Positions 47,181 through 57,061 of a DNA stretch of 64,000 nucleotides are shown piece after piece (position 1 is the stretch's first letter; every line of letters starts with the position of its first letter). Below the pieces are notes generated by a model. That model was not told the origin of the DNA, did not search any database, and saw only the letters and a program-made list of their open reading frames with translations. The translations under genes were made by a program, and so were the position numbers. The stretch spans positions 4,840-68,839 of the forward strand of contig CAWHBV010000023.1 of assembly GCA_963827635.1 (NCBI GenBank), read 5' to 3'. This stretch comes from an uncultured bacterium. Its GTDB lineage: Bacteria; Acidobacteriota; Aminicenantia; Aminicenantales; Saccharicenantaceae.

Positions 47181-48440
47181 TCAGGCGGGGACGATGCGGT
47201 GGACCTTCTTCTTGCCGGCCTTGAGGATGATGTCGCCGCCGGGGCCCAGGTCTTTGACCGAGACGAGGCGCTCGACGGAGTCGACGCGCTCGTCGTTGAC
47301 GTAGAGCCCGCCCTGCTCGATCATCCTCTTGGCCTCCTTGCGGGAGGGCGTCAGGCCGACCTCGGTGAACAGGCCGGCCGGCGAGATGCCCTCCTCGAGG
47401 CGCGAGCGCGGCACGGCCGTCGTGGGCAGCAGGGCGACGTTATCGCCCGAACTTCCGGATCCCGCATGATCGACCTTCGAGAACGCCGCGGCCGCGGCCG
47501 TCCGGGCCTTCTCCGCCTCGAGCTCGCCGTGGGTGATCTTGGTCGCCTCGAAGGCCAGGACCCTCTTCGCTTCGTTGATCCTGCTGTCCTTGAGGGCTTC
47601 GAGGCGCGCGATCTCGTCGAGCGGCAGGAGGGTGAAGATGCGGAGGAAGCGGCCGACGTCCCGGTCGTCGCAGTTGACCCAGTACTGGAAGAATTCGAAG
47701 GGACTGAACTTGTCCTTGTCGAGCCACACGGCGCCCTGGGCCGTCTTGCCCATCTTGGCCCCCGAGGCGGTGGTCAGCAGGGGGAAGGTCAGCGCCTCGG
47801 CCGTGCCGCCTTCGACCCGGCGGATGAGGTCGACGCCGGCCAGGATGTTGCCCCACTGGTCGTCCCCGCCCATCTGCAGGGTGCAGTTGTATTTCCGGTA
47901 GAGGGTCAGGAAGTCGTAGGCCTGGAGGAGCTGGTAGTTGAACTCGATGAAGGACAGCCCCTTCTCCAGGCGGAGCTTGTAGGCCTCGGCGGCCAGCATG
48001 CGGTTGACGCTGAAGTGCCGCCCGATGTCCCGGAGGAAGCCGATGTAGGGAAGCGGCAGGAGCCAGTCGGCGTTGTCCACGGCGATGGCGTTGGTCCCGT
48101 CGAAGCGGAGGTAGCGGGAGAGCTGGATGTGGATGGCCTGGCCCTGGGCCCGGATGACCGATTCTTCGAGTATCGGACGCATCTCGGTCTTGCCGCTGGG
48201 GTCGCCGACCATGGTCGTGCCGCTGCCGACGACGGCGATGGCCCGGTGGCCGGCCCGCCGGAGGTGGACCATGGCCATGATCGGGACGAGGCTGCCGGCG
48301 TGGAGGCTGAAGGCCGTGCTGTCGAACCCGACGTAGAACGTGACCGCGTTCCCGCCGAGCATCCGGCGGACGGCCGCCTCGTCCGAGACCTGGGCGACGA
48401 AACCGCGTTCTTTCAGCTCGTCGTAGACGTTGCCGTTCAT
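47181..48440 (-). CDS. tyrS: tyrosine--tRNA ligase
   Basis: 419 aa with HIGH-type FYVGFDSTAFSLHAGSL, the KMGKT loop (SGAKMGKT) and a C-terminal S4 domain. Confidence 0.95.
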   Translation of the reverse strand: MNGNVYDELKERGFVAQVSDEAAVRRMLGGNAVTFYVGFDSTAFSLHAGSLVPIMAMVHLRRAGHRAIAVVGSGTTMVGDPSGKTEMRPILEESVIRAQGQAIHIQLSRYLRFDGTNAIAVDNADWLLPLPYIGFLRDIGRHFSVNRMLAAEAYKLRLEKGLSFIEFNYQLLQAYDFLTLYRKYNCTLQMGGDDQWGNILAGVDLIRRVEGGTAEALTFPLLTTASGAKMGKTAQGAVWLDKDKFSPFEFFQYWVNCDDRDVGRFLRIFTLLPLDEIARLEALKDSRINEAKRVLAFEATKITHGELEAEKARTAAAAAFSKVDHAGSGSSGDNVALLPTTAVPRSRLEEGISPAGLFTEVGLTPSRKEAKRMIEQGGLYVNDERVDSVERLVSVKDLGPGGDIILKAGKKKVHRIVPA

Positions 48441-48467
48441 GGGCGATTTATACCACGGCCCGCGGGC

Positions 48468-50582
48468 CTAGTCCAATCCCCTCTTCTTGAGCAGGGCCTC
48501 GATCTTCGGCTCCCGGCCGCGGAAGCGGGTGTAGAGGACCATGGGGTCCTCGGTGCCGCCGCGCTCCAGGATGTTCTTCCGGAAGGACTCGGCCGTGGCC
48601 CGGTCGAAGAGGGACGTCTCCTTGAAGGCCTGGAAGGCGTCCGCATCCAGGACCTCGGCCCAGATGTAGCTGTAGTAGCCGGCCGAGTAGCCGCCGCTGA
48701 AGATGTGGGTGAAATAGGGGCTCCTGTAGCGGCTGACGATCTCGGGGATGAGGCCGATCCGGGCCATGGACTCCGCCTCGAACTTCGCCGTCTCGGGCTC
48801 GACGGCCGCGGCGAGCGTGTGCCAGTCCATGTCCAGGAAGGAGGCGGCCAGGTACTCGACCGTATCGAAGCCCTGGTTGAAGAACCGGCTCTCCCGCATC
48901 TTCTCGAGGAGCTCGTCCGGGATGGGCTCGCCCGTCTTGAAGTGCCGGGCGTACATCTTCAGGACCTCGGGATCGGCGGCCCAGTTCTCCATGATCTGGG
49001 AGCCGAGCTCGACGAAATCGCGGGGCACGTTGGTGCCCGAGAGGCTCTCGTACTTCGAGCGGGCCAGGATGCCGTGGAGGGCGTGGCCGAACTCGTGGAA
49101 CAGGGTCAGGGCCTCCTCGTAGCTGATGAGGGCCGGCTCGCCGGCCGTCGGCTTCGAGAAGTTGCCGTTGTTGACGATGACCGGACGGATGTCCTTGCCG
49201 TCGCGGATCGACTGTTCGCGGAAGTTGCTCATCCAGGCCCCGCCCTGCTTGGAGGCGCGGGGGTAGTAATCGACGTACAGGACGGCCAGATGGGAGCCGT
49301 CGGCGTCCTTGACCTCGTAGACCCGGACGTCCTCGTGGTATTTGGGGATGTCGGAGCGCTCGGCGAAGGTGATCCCGTAGAGCTTGCCGGCGACCGTGAA
49401 GGCGCCGTCGCGGACGTTCTCCAGCTGGAAATAGGGCCGCAGGGCCGTATCGTCGAGGTCGTACCGGGCCTTCTTGACCTTCTCCGCGTAATACCACCAG
49501 TCCCAGGGCGCGAGCTCGAAGCCGCCGCCTTCCGCCCGGATCATCTCCTGCATGTCGGCCGCTTCGGCCTTGGCCCGGGCCAGGGACGGCGTCCAGAGCC
49601 GGTTCAGAAAATCGTAAACGGCCTGGGGCGTCTTGGCCATGTTCTTTTCGAGGACGTAGTCGGCGTGGGTCTTGTAGCCCAGGAGGTTGGCCCGTTCGAC
49701 CCTCAGGACCGCCATCTTCGAGGCCATGGCCCGGTTGTCGAGCTCGTTGCCGTTGGCGCCCCGGCCGACGTAGGCCTTGAACATCCTCTCCCGCAGCTCG
49801 CGCTTCCCGGAGAACTGCAGGAACGGGATGAGGCTCGGCTTGTGCAGGGTGAAGACCCACCGGCCCGGCTTGCCGCGTTCGCGGGCGGCGTCGGCCGCGC
49901 CGGCCACGACGGCCGGGGGAAGTCCCGCCAGGTCCGCCTCGGCGTCGATGACGAGCTCGAAGGCGTTGTTCTCCTTGAGCACGTTCTCGCCGAACTGGAC
50001 CGAGAGGACCGACAGCTCCTCGTTGATCTGCCTCAGCCGGGCCTGCTTGTCGGCCGGAAGCGCGGCGCCGCCGCGGACGAAGTCCTTGTAGGTCTCGTCG
50101 AGGAGCCGGGCCTCTTCGGGCGAGAGCGCCAGGGCGCCCTTGCCGTCGTAGACGGCCTTGACCCGGGCGAAGAGGGCCGCGTCCAGGGCGATGTCGTCGC
50201 CGTGCTGGGCCAGCCGGGGGGCCATGTCCTTGTCGATCTGCTGGAGCGCCTCGTTCGTGTGCGAGGAGGTCATGTTGCCGAACACGCCGGACACCCTGGC
50301 CAGGAGGGCGCCGCTCCGCTCGAGGGCTTCGACGGTGTTGGCGAAGGTCGGCGCCTCGGCGCTCGCCGTGATCGCCGCGATCTCCTTCTTCTGCTCGGCC
50401 ATGCCGCGCTCGAAGGCCGGCACGTAGTGCTCCGGCAGGATCGCGTCGAACGGCGGCACGCCGAACGGCGTCGCGAATTCCGAGAAAAAGGGATTGTCCA
50501 TGACGGGTTTCTCCGCGGGCTTCCGGCCGCAGGCGGCGGCGGCGAGGAGCGCGAGACCGAGGACGAGGATCGTTCTCTTCAT
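48468..50582 (-). CDS. dcp: M3-family peptidyl-dipeptidase Dcp (lipoprotein)
   Basis: ATG at 50582 with lipobox LLAAAAC. It is collinear with Dcp throughout (NPFFSEFATPFGVPPFD, WDWWYYAEKV, zinc motif LFHEFGHALHG). The 853-aa track ORF is an upstream extension. Confidence 0.85.
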   Translation of the reverse strand: MKRTILVLGLALLAAAACGRKPAEKPVMDNPFFSEFATPFGVPPFDAILPEHYVPAFERGMAEQKKEIAAITASAEAPTFANTVEALERSGALLARVSGVFGNMTSSHTNEALQQIDKDMAPRLAQHGDDIALDAALFARVKAVYDGKGALALSPEEARLLDETYKDFVRGGAALPADKQARLRQINEELSVLSVQFGENVLKENNAFELVIDAEADLAGLPPAVVAGAADAARERGKPGRWVFTLHKPSLIPFLQFSGKRELRERMFKAYVGRGANGNELDNRAMASKMAVLRVERANLLGYKTHADYVLEKNMAKTPQAVYDFLNRLWTPSLARAKAEAADMQEMIRAEGGGFELAPWDWWYYAEKVKKARYDLDDTALRPYFQLENVRDGAFTVAGKLYGITFAERSDIPKYHEDVRVYEVKDADGSHLAVLYVDYYPRASKQGGAWMSNFREQSIRDGKDIRPVIVNNGNFSKPTAGEPALISYEEALTLFHEFGHALHGILARSKYESLSGTNVPRDFVELGSQIMENWAADPEVLKMYARHFKTGEPIPDELLEKMRESRFFNQGFDTVEYLAASFLDMDWHTLAAAVEPETAKFEAESMARIGLIPEIVSRYRSPYFTHIFSGGYSAGYYSYIWAEVLDADAFQAFKETSLFDRATAESFRKNILERGGTEDPMVLYTRFRGREPKIEALLKKRGLD

Positions 50583-50596
50583 GGCGGAAGCTCCGG

Positions 50597-50995
50597 TCAC
50601 TTCTGGAGGGTGAGCTCGATCGTGTCCGAATTGCCGTCGGGATCGAACCAGAGCCCCTTGAGGACGTCGTTCTCGAGGGCGAGCTCGAACCGGATCAGGG
50701 TCGCGGTCCCGCCCATGTCCAGGTCGAACTCGCAGCCGACCTTGCCGTCCTTGAAGACGATCTCCCGCAGCGGCGATTCGGGGACCATGCCGGAGGCGTC
50801 GCTGAGCTTGCCCGCGTAGCCGGTCTCGCTCTTGACGAAGACGACGGTGATGTCGAGACGGGCGCCGTCGGCCATGGCGAAACCGGTCCACGTGCCGGCG
50901 ATGTCGGGCTTTTTCGCGGTCTGGGCGGAAAGCGTGAGGGCCAGGGCGGCCAGGGCCAGGACGGAGAGGACGGTGACGAGCGGGGATCTCTTCAT
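50597..50995 (-). CDS. secreted hypothetical protein
   Basis: ATG at 50995 follows AAAGGAG and an extended -10 (TGGTACATT, complement of 51030-51038). It has a signal peptide and 132 aa. Confidence 0.5.
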   Translation of the reverse strand: MKRSPLVTVLSVLALAALALTLSAQTAKKPDIAGTWTGFAMADGARLDITVVFVKSETGYAGKLSDASGMVPESPLREIVFKDGKVGCEFDLDMGGTATLIRFELALENDVLKGLWFDPDGNSDTIELTLQK

Positions 50996-51088
50996 GACGG
51001 GACTCCTTTCGGGAATGACGGCGGGGCAAAATGTACCAGATACCGGGCTGGTCCTGTCCAGCCTCAGCGGGAGGGACGGCGCGGCGGC

Positions 51089-51117
51089 TTGACGCCCGCG
51101 CGCGGCTCCGCTAGATT
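51089..51117 (+). promoter_or_regulatory. sigma70-type promoter of the aldo/keto reductase gene
   Basis: TTGACG (51089-51094), 17-nt spacer, TAGATT (51112-51117). Confidence 0.45.
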
Positions 51118-51138
51118 GAAAAGACCGGAGGGACACGC

Positions 51139-52362
51139 ATGAGCCGAAAGCCGCAGGACCGCAGGACTTTTCTCAAGACGATGGCCGCGGGCGCGGTCGC
51201 CTCGGGTTCGGCCCTCGCCGGGATGCTGGGCGCCGGCCAGAAGGTCCCCGGCCGGATCGTGCGGGACGGCATGGCCTATCGCCGCCTCGGGCGGACGGAT
51301 CTGCTCGTCTCCGAGATCTCGCTCGGCAGCAGTCCCCTGCCCGATCCGGACCTCCTCAGGGCCATCGTCGACCGGGGGGTCAACTACATCGACACCTCCC
51401 ACAATTACGAGAACGGCAACGCCGAGAGGCGGATCGGCCGGCTCCTCAAGGACGTCGGGCGGGACAAGCTCCTCGTCGCGACCAAGTTCCACGTCGCGCC
51501 GCGGGACACCCCGGAAACCATCGCCGCATCCGTCCACGGGAGCCTCCGCCGTCTGGACGTCGCGACGATCGACGTCCTCATGATCCACGGCGCGGAATCG
51601 GCCGGCGTCCTCGACGACGGGCGCGTCCTCGAGGCCTATGACCGGCTGAAACGCGAAGGCGCGTACCGGTTCCGCGGCCTGTCCTGCCACGCCAACCAGG
51701 ACGAGGTCGTCCGCAAGGCCGTGTCCTGCGGGCTCTACGACATGGTCCAGGTCGGCTACAACGTGTTCGACATCCAGGAGCCCGACCGCGAGGTCGAGAC
51801 TTATCCCGACTATCTCGCGGCGAGCGGCATCGGGGCCCTGGTCGGGCTCGCGCACTCCCGGGACGTCGGCGTCATCGCCATGAAGACGCTCAAGGTCGGC
51901 GGCCGGCGCCAGGACCTCGGGAAATACCGGACAGCTTCGGCCTCCGTCTATCAGGCCATGCTGAAGTGGGTCCTCGACGACACGCGGGTGACGTCGGCCC
52001 TGACCGAGATCCTCAACCGCGGGCAGATGGAGGAGGACCTGGGAGCGGCCGGGGCGAAGCTGGCTGCGGAGGATCGGACCGCGCTCGCCCGCTTCGTCCG
52101 CGAGAACGGGGCCGATTACTGCCACGGCTGTGCCCGGTGCGGCCGGGCCTGCCCGGCCGGCGTGGCCACGGCGACGATCCTCCGCGCCCTCGCCTATGCG
52201 GAAAGCTACGGGAAGGCCGATCGGGCCCGGAGCGTCTACGCTTCGCTCGAGAGCGGAGAAACGGCCGCGGCCTGCCGCGACTGCGGGGCCTGCGAAAAGG
52301 CCTGCCCCTACGGCGTGGCCGTGCGCCGACGGATCAGGGAAGCCGGGCGGCTCCTGGCCTGA
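51139..52362 (+). CDS. aldo/keto reductase with a Tat signal and a C-terminal 4Fe-4S cluster-binding domain
   Basis: Twin-arginine signal RRTFLKTMAAGAVASG, an AKR core (GVNYIDTSHNY, IDVLMIHG) and C-terminal Cys clusters CHGCARCGRACP and CRDCGACEKACP. Confidence 0.8.
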   Translation: MSRKPQDRRTFLKTMAAGAVASGSALAGMLGAGQKVPGRIVRDGMAYRRLGRTDLLVSEISLGSSPLPDPDLLRAIVDRGVNYIDTSHNYENGNAERRIGRLLKDVGRDKLLVATKFHVAPRDTPETIAASVHGSLRRLDVATIDVLMIHGAESAGVLDDGRVLEAYDRLKREGAYRFRGLSCHANQDEVVRKAVSCGLYDMVQVGYNVFDIQEPDREVETYPDYLAASGIGALVGLAHSRDVGVIAMKTLKVGGRRQDLGKYRTASASVYQAMLKWVLDDTRVTSALTEILNRGQMEEDLGAAGAKLAAEDRTALARFVRENGADYCHGCARCGRACPAGVATATILRALAYAESYGKADRARSVYASLESGETAAACRDCGACEKACPYGVAVRRRIREAGRLLA

Positions 52363-52380
52363 CCGCCCCGGCGCGCCCGC

Positions 52381-54691
52381 TCAGATCTGCCAGGCGTAGC
52401 CGATCTTCAGGAAGAAGGTCCGGTCGGTCCGGGCGAGGCCGATCCGGTCCGGTCCGAGCCAGCTGTCGAAGATGCCCCCCATCGAGTTGTCCGAATAGCC
52501 CAGGAAGAGCACCGTCCGCGGGTTGAGCTTGTAGGAGAACAGAAACTGGGTGAACAGGCCGCGGTTCTTCGAGTCGACCGGGAACGTGTAGGCGGCGGGA
52601 TTCTGCTCCTGATCGCTGTACTGGAGGATGGCCCGGACGAAGGACCGGACGCTGAAGTTCCAGACGAGCTTGAGCTGGCTGAGGTTGGCGATGTAGATGG
52701 TGTCGCCGTGGAAGGACAGCCGCTCGTAGGCGTGCGAGACCACGAGGTTGAGCCGGCGGAAGACGTTGAGCGAGAGATTGGGCCCGACCGACAGCCCCTG
52801 GGCCAGTCGTGAGTTGGCGTAGTCGATGGTCTGGCCGGCCATGGCCTGGACGCCGACCTCGGCCCCGCTGAAGGGGCGGATGCGGCCGATGGCTTGGCCG
52901 AAGGCGGTGTCGAAATACTGCCCGTCGTAGAAGGTCCGCAGAAAATTGGCGTGGAGGTTGACCAGGGACTCCAGGTTCCCCTGGTAGGCCAGGCCGAGGG
53001 TCAGGCCGCGGTCGGTCAGGGTGCCGGCGTGGTCCCAGACGGCCTCCCCCATGACCCCGAGCCGGATGAGGTTGAACCAGCCCTTTGGGCTTGCCCCAGA
53101 ACTGGCGGAAGACGGTCGCCGTGGCCGTCCGCGTGTCGACGCGCGGCACGAAGCCGTAGTCGGCCCGGAAGCCCGGGGACAGGTCTTCGTACATCGCGTT
53201 GACGATCCAATACCGGGAGAAGTGCTGGAACTGGAGACTGACGGCGTTGCCGCCGAAGCGGCCCTCGCTCTGGCCGTAGTCCGAGGCGATCTCGCCGGGA
53301 TAGTTCGTCTCCGAATGGAGGAACTGGACGATGACGGAGTTTTTCTGGTCGAGCCGGAAGAAGCCGTCCGCACCGGCGACATGGTTGCCGTAGTCGTTCC
53401 CCATCCGCCCGGTGTAGAGGACGCCGAGCGTCGACATCCGGCCGATGTCCTGGCGGAGCCGGAATACGCCGCCGGTGGTCGACTGGTCGAGCGAGCCCTG
53501 CATCGAGCCCTGGTTCGACGGGAAGATGAGGTTGGTCATCTCGTCCTGGGCGGCAAAGACGCCCATGGCCGTGCGGCCGGACTTGCCGGTCAGCTTGGTC
53601 CCCCAGAGCGGATCGGCGACCGTCCGGGTGAAGACCGCCTGGAGCGGCGTCAGGAAGAAATCCCCGCCCTCCAGGAAGAAGGGCCGCTTTTCGGGGTAGA
53701 ACAGGGCGAAACGGCGGTTGATCTGGAGCTGGGCGACGTCGGCCTCGACCTGCGAGAAATCGGGATTGACCGTGCCGTTGAGGATGAGGTTGGGCGTGAT
53801 GCCCCACTTGGCCGTCAGGCCGTAGTCGTCCTTGATGCCTCCGCGCTCGAGCGGGGCGTCCGGGATAGCCTTGGCCAGGGCATCGCGTCGGTCCGGACCG
53901 CCGTGACGGTCGGCGTCAGCTCGATGTTCTGGCCGGGCGTGATCCCGTCGAAACCGGTGAGCTTGTTGAACTGGCAGATGATGCAGTTGACGTTCCGGGA
54001 GCGGACGTGGGACGTCATCCGATGGCGGGCGTCGCGGGGCCAGGACCGCTCGGCCGAGAGGCCCCAGGTCTGGGGCCCGTCGGACTTGCGGAAACGGAGC
54101 TGGCCGAGCGGGATGGCCACCTCGACGGCCCAGCCCCAGTCCGTGATCTTCGCGGCCGCCTTCCAGATGGCGTCCCAGGAGAAGTCCTCGTAGCCCTCGA
54201 GCTCGCTGAAGTTGGCGTCGGCCTGGACGCCCATGGGATTGACCCGGAACTGGAAGCCCCGGCGCTCGTCGTTGAAGGAGTCGATCATGAAGCTGACGTG
54301 GTCGTCCATGATGAGCGTGTCGGTGTCGTCCCGGTCCATGAGATGGGCCCGGATCTTCTTCGGCTCGGGGTCGAAACAGCGGAACCCGATGTAGAGGTTA
54401 TGGAGGTCGTAGGTGACGCGGCAATCGGTATCGACGGGCGCGGGGACGTTGTCCCCGGGCTGCCATTCGAAGGGCAAGGGGATCTTCGGGGCGGCGGCCC
54501 AGGCTTCCTCGTCGAGGACGCCGTCGATCCGGATGGGAGCGGCGGCCTTGGGGATGTCGAACCGGGCCGACTCGACCTGCGCCGGCTTGGCCGGGGCCTG
54601 GTCCTGGGGGGACGAGGCGGAAGCGGCGGGGACGAAGACCGAGAGCGCGGCGAGGGCACAGGGCCAGGACGGTCCGGGGGAAGCGGTTCAT
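52381..54691 (-). pseudogene. CBM9/DUF5916-like outer-membrane beta-barrel protein, paralog 2; three frame breaks (+1 near 54655, -1 or +2 near 53880, +1 near 53082)
   Basis: ATG at 54691 follows AAGGAG (MNRFPRTVLALC). The pieces LAALSVFVPAASA...IDGVLDEEAWAAAP...TAVRTDA, ALAKAIPDAPLERGG...TVNPDFSQVEADVAQLQINRRFALFYPEKRPFFLEG...FWGKPKG and WFNLIRLGV...FFLKIGYAWQI are collinear with the 42074-44252 gene but lie in different frames. Confidence 0.65.
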
Positions 54692-54760
54692 GGAAAACTC
54701 CTTGCGGTTCCTTCCTTAAGGAATACTCCGGCAGGCGGCGAAAGGTTGGCGCGCCACCCG

Positions 54761-55189
54761 TCAAACGCGGGTCCGCGTGATCTTGGCCACGAGCGCCGAG
54801 GTCGGGTCGGGGCAGCGGACATACTCCGTCGTCACCCCGTCCGGATCGATGACCTTCTCGTAGGGCGTGCCCTCGTAGCGCCACGTCAGGGTGACGCCGT
54901 TCTCGAGGAGGCGGACGAACTCGTTGAGGCTGGCCCGGAGCCAGGGGCAGAGCTTGCCCCAGTCGGCCGGATAGGCGAACGTATCGCCCTTCTTGTGGCA
55001 CCAGGTGTCCTCGCGGGCCTCGAAGATCTCGATGTCGATGCGGTACCTCTTGCGCGACGGAAGAGGAGGAGGCGGCGGCGGCGGGGCGGCTTGGGAGACC
55101 TTCTTCTCCTGTCCGCCGCCCAGCTCTCCGGCCGCGAGGAGGGCCGCGGCGGCGCAGCCGGCTTTGCCCATGAAGTCCCTTCGGTCCAT
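54761..55189 (-). CDS. TIGR04076-like Cys-containing protein with a Tat signal and a polyproline linker
   Basis: ATG at 55189 follows AAAGGAG, with MDRRDFMGKAGCAAAALLAAG. A PPPPPPPLP linker precedes the core WCHKKGDTFAYPADWGKLCPWL...YVRCPD, which resembles the TIGR04076 family. Confidence 0.5.
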   Translation of the reverse strand: MDRRDFMGKAGCAAAALLAAGELGGGQEKKVSQAAPPPPPPPLPSRKRYRIDIEIFEAREDTWCHKKGDTFAYPADWGKLCPWLRASLNEFVRLLENGVTLTWRYEGTPYEKVIDPDGVTTEYVRCPDPTSALVAKITRTRV

Positions 55190-55406
55190 GCGTACGGACT
55201 CCTTTCCTGCTGAGATACCCTCATTATTGCATGGAACATGCCAGCCGGCCCAGCCTGAGGGCTTTCCCGGGGCGGCAAAGAACATTACAATGACGTCAAC
55301 GGGCTTTACCTTAGGCAGCCGCTAAACGCCCGGCCCGGGCCGGGCGAATTCTCGGATGAGAGGAGCCCGGGGGTGAGGGCCGGCCGGCGCCGGCGGAGGT
55401 GTGCCG

Positions 55407-56978
55407 ATGTCGCGACGCTGCGGAATCGCTCTCTGGCTCGGTCTCTCGATGCTGGCTTCCGCCTGCTCGTCCGTGGGGACGAGGACCGCCCCCGGCCGTC
55501 CGGCCGTCGACTGGCTGGCCCGCCTCGCCGAAGCCGATGCGCTCGCTGCGACCGGACATTACGCCGGATTGCGGGAGGCCCGGCGGATCTACGGTGAAGC
55601 CATGGATGCATCGCTCGGCCGGGCCGGCGTCGCCGAGAAATTCGTCCGCGCGACGATCGCCCTCGGGCTTCGCGAAAAAGAGCTGGGCATCCTCGCCCCC
55701 GACCCGGACCTCGACCTCGACGGGTTCGCGGCCTCCGAACCGTCGCTTTCCCGCTACGCGTCCTGGCTCGAGCTCCTCTGCGGGCTTCCCAACAAGATCA
55801 AGGGCAGCCCGGGGATCGACCGGATCGGCGGCCGGAGCCTCGACGCCCAGCTCGACTGGATCAACGCCCGCGTCACGGCGATCGACGGGGAGCTCGAACG
55901 GGAGGCCGGGGCCGACGACCTCGCGGCCGCCCTCCGGCTGGCCTTGCGGACGGCGTTCACCTACAAGTTTCCCGGCCCGCTCGACACCAAGGCCGTCCTC
56001 GCCCCGCATCCGGACTCCCGGCTGGCCGCGTTCCAGGCGGCCGTTTCTCCGGCCTTCGAGCTCGAGGGACTCGAGGCGCTGCTCTCCCGCGACCCGGGCT
56101 TCGCGGAAGTCCATTATTACCTCGGCGAGGCCGCGCTCCTCGGCGGAAAGCTCCTGACCGCGGAGAAGCACTACCTCGCCGCCCGGGACAAGATCCCGGA
56201 GTCGCTGTCGGTCCTCATCTCGCTGGCCAAGGTCGCCTTCCAGATGGAGGAGACGGAGCTCTGCCTCGAATGGAACGAGACGGCGCTGGCCGTTCTGCCG
56301 ACCTACCGCGACGCGCTCCTCGGCAAGGGCCTCGCCCTCGGCTATCTCGGCCGGAACGAAGAGGCGCTGGCCGTCCTCGGCCGGCTCCTCGAGCTCGGCA
56401 CGTACTACATGGGCGAGGGCCATTACTGGACGGCCTGGAACCTCCACGAGCTCGGCCGCCTCGAGGAGGCGCGCCGGTCGATCGAGTCGGCCAAGGTCTT
56501 CCTCGTGGGCGTGAGCGACGTCGCGGCGCTCTCCGGGATCGTCGCCTACAAGCAGGGACGCTTCGACGACGCCGAGCGGGACCTCCGCCAGGCCCTGGAC
56601 CTCGATCCCGCCTCGAGCGACGCCGCCTTCCACCTGGGCCGGCTCTATGCGGACCGCAAGGACTGGCTGAACTCGGCGATCTACTTCGCCGGCGCGGCCT
56701 CGGCGCTCGAGGACAAGGAGCAGGGCCTGGAGAAGAGGATCGAGGAGATCGAGGCCTCGGAGATGGCGCCGGAGCGGCGGACGCGCTTGGTCATCAGGAA
56801 GCGGGTCCAGATCCTGGCCGTCCAGGCGACCAAGGCCACGAGCCAGTACAACGGCGCCGCCGGCTACCACAACGCGGGAAGCTACGAGCGGGCCCTCGAC
56901 CTGGCCCGCCTCGCCGCCGGCCACCCCGCCTTCGCCGACAGGGCCGCCGAGCTCATCAAGCTCATCCTCGAGCGCTGA
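55407..56978 (+). CDS. TPR-repeat lipoprotein
   Basis: ATG at 55407 lies 7 nt after GGAGG. Lipobox MLASAC. It has multiple TPR-like units (HYYLGEAALLGGKLLTAEKHYLAARD..., AFHLGRLYADRKDWLNSAIYF). Confidence 0.7.
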   Translation: MSRRCGIALWLGLSMLASACSSVGTRTAPGRPAVDWLARLAEADALAATGHYAGLREARRIYGEAMDASLGRAGVAEKFVRATIALGLREKELGILAPDPDLDLDGFAASEPSLSRYASWLELLCGLPNKIKGSPGIDRIGGRSLDAQLDWINARVTAIDGELEREAGADDLAAALRLALRTAFTYKFPGPLDTKAVLAPHPDSRLAAFQAAVSPAFELEGLEALLSRDPGFAEVHYYLGEAALLGGKLLTAEKHYLAARDKIPESLSVLISLAKVAFQMEETELCLEWNETALAVLPTYRDALLGKGLALGYLGRNEEALAVLGRLLELGTYYMGEGHYWTAWNLHELGRLEEARRSIESAKVFLVGVSDVAALSGIVAYKQGRFDDAERDLRQALDLDPASSDAAFHLGRLYADRKDWLNSAIYFAGAASALEDKEQGLEKRIEEIEASEMAPERRTRLVIRKRVQILAVQATKATSQYNGAAGYHNAGSYERALDLARLAAGHPAFADRAAELIKLILER

Positions 56979-57023
56979 CAGCCGGGCGGGGATGAATATC
57001 CCCCTCCCCCCGCCGGACCGACC

Positions 57024-57034
57024 TGTTGTATAAT
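57024..57034 (+). promoter_or_regulatory. strong -10 element upstream of fadD
   Basis: TGTTGTATAAT, with TATAAT at 57029-57034, lies 28 nt upstream of the ATG at 57062. Confidence 0.4.
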
Positions 57035-57061
57035 ATCGCCTTGAGATTGAAGGGAGCCGCC

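Noticed and set aside
57026-57061. Upstream TTG start for fadD (MYNIALRLKGAA...)
   Set aside because: That TTG lies within the TATAAT -10 element. The ATG at 57062 follows the SD GGGAG and aligns with the usual FadD N-terminus.
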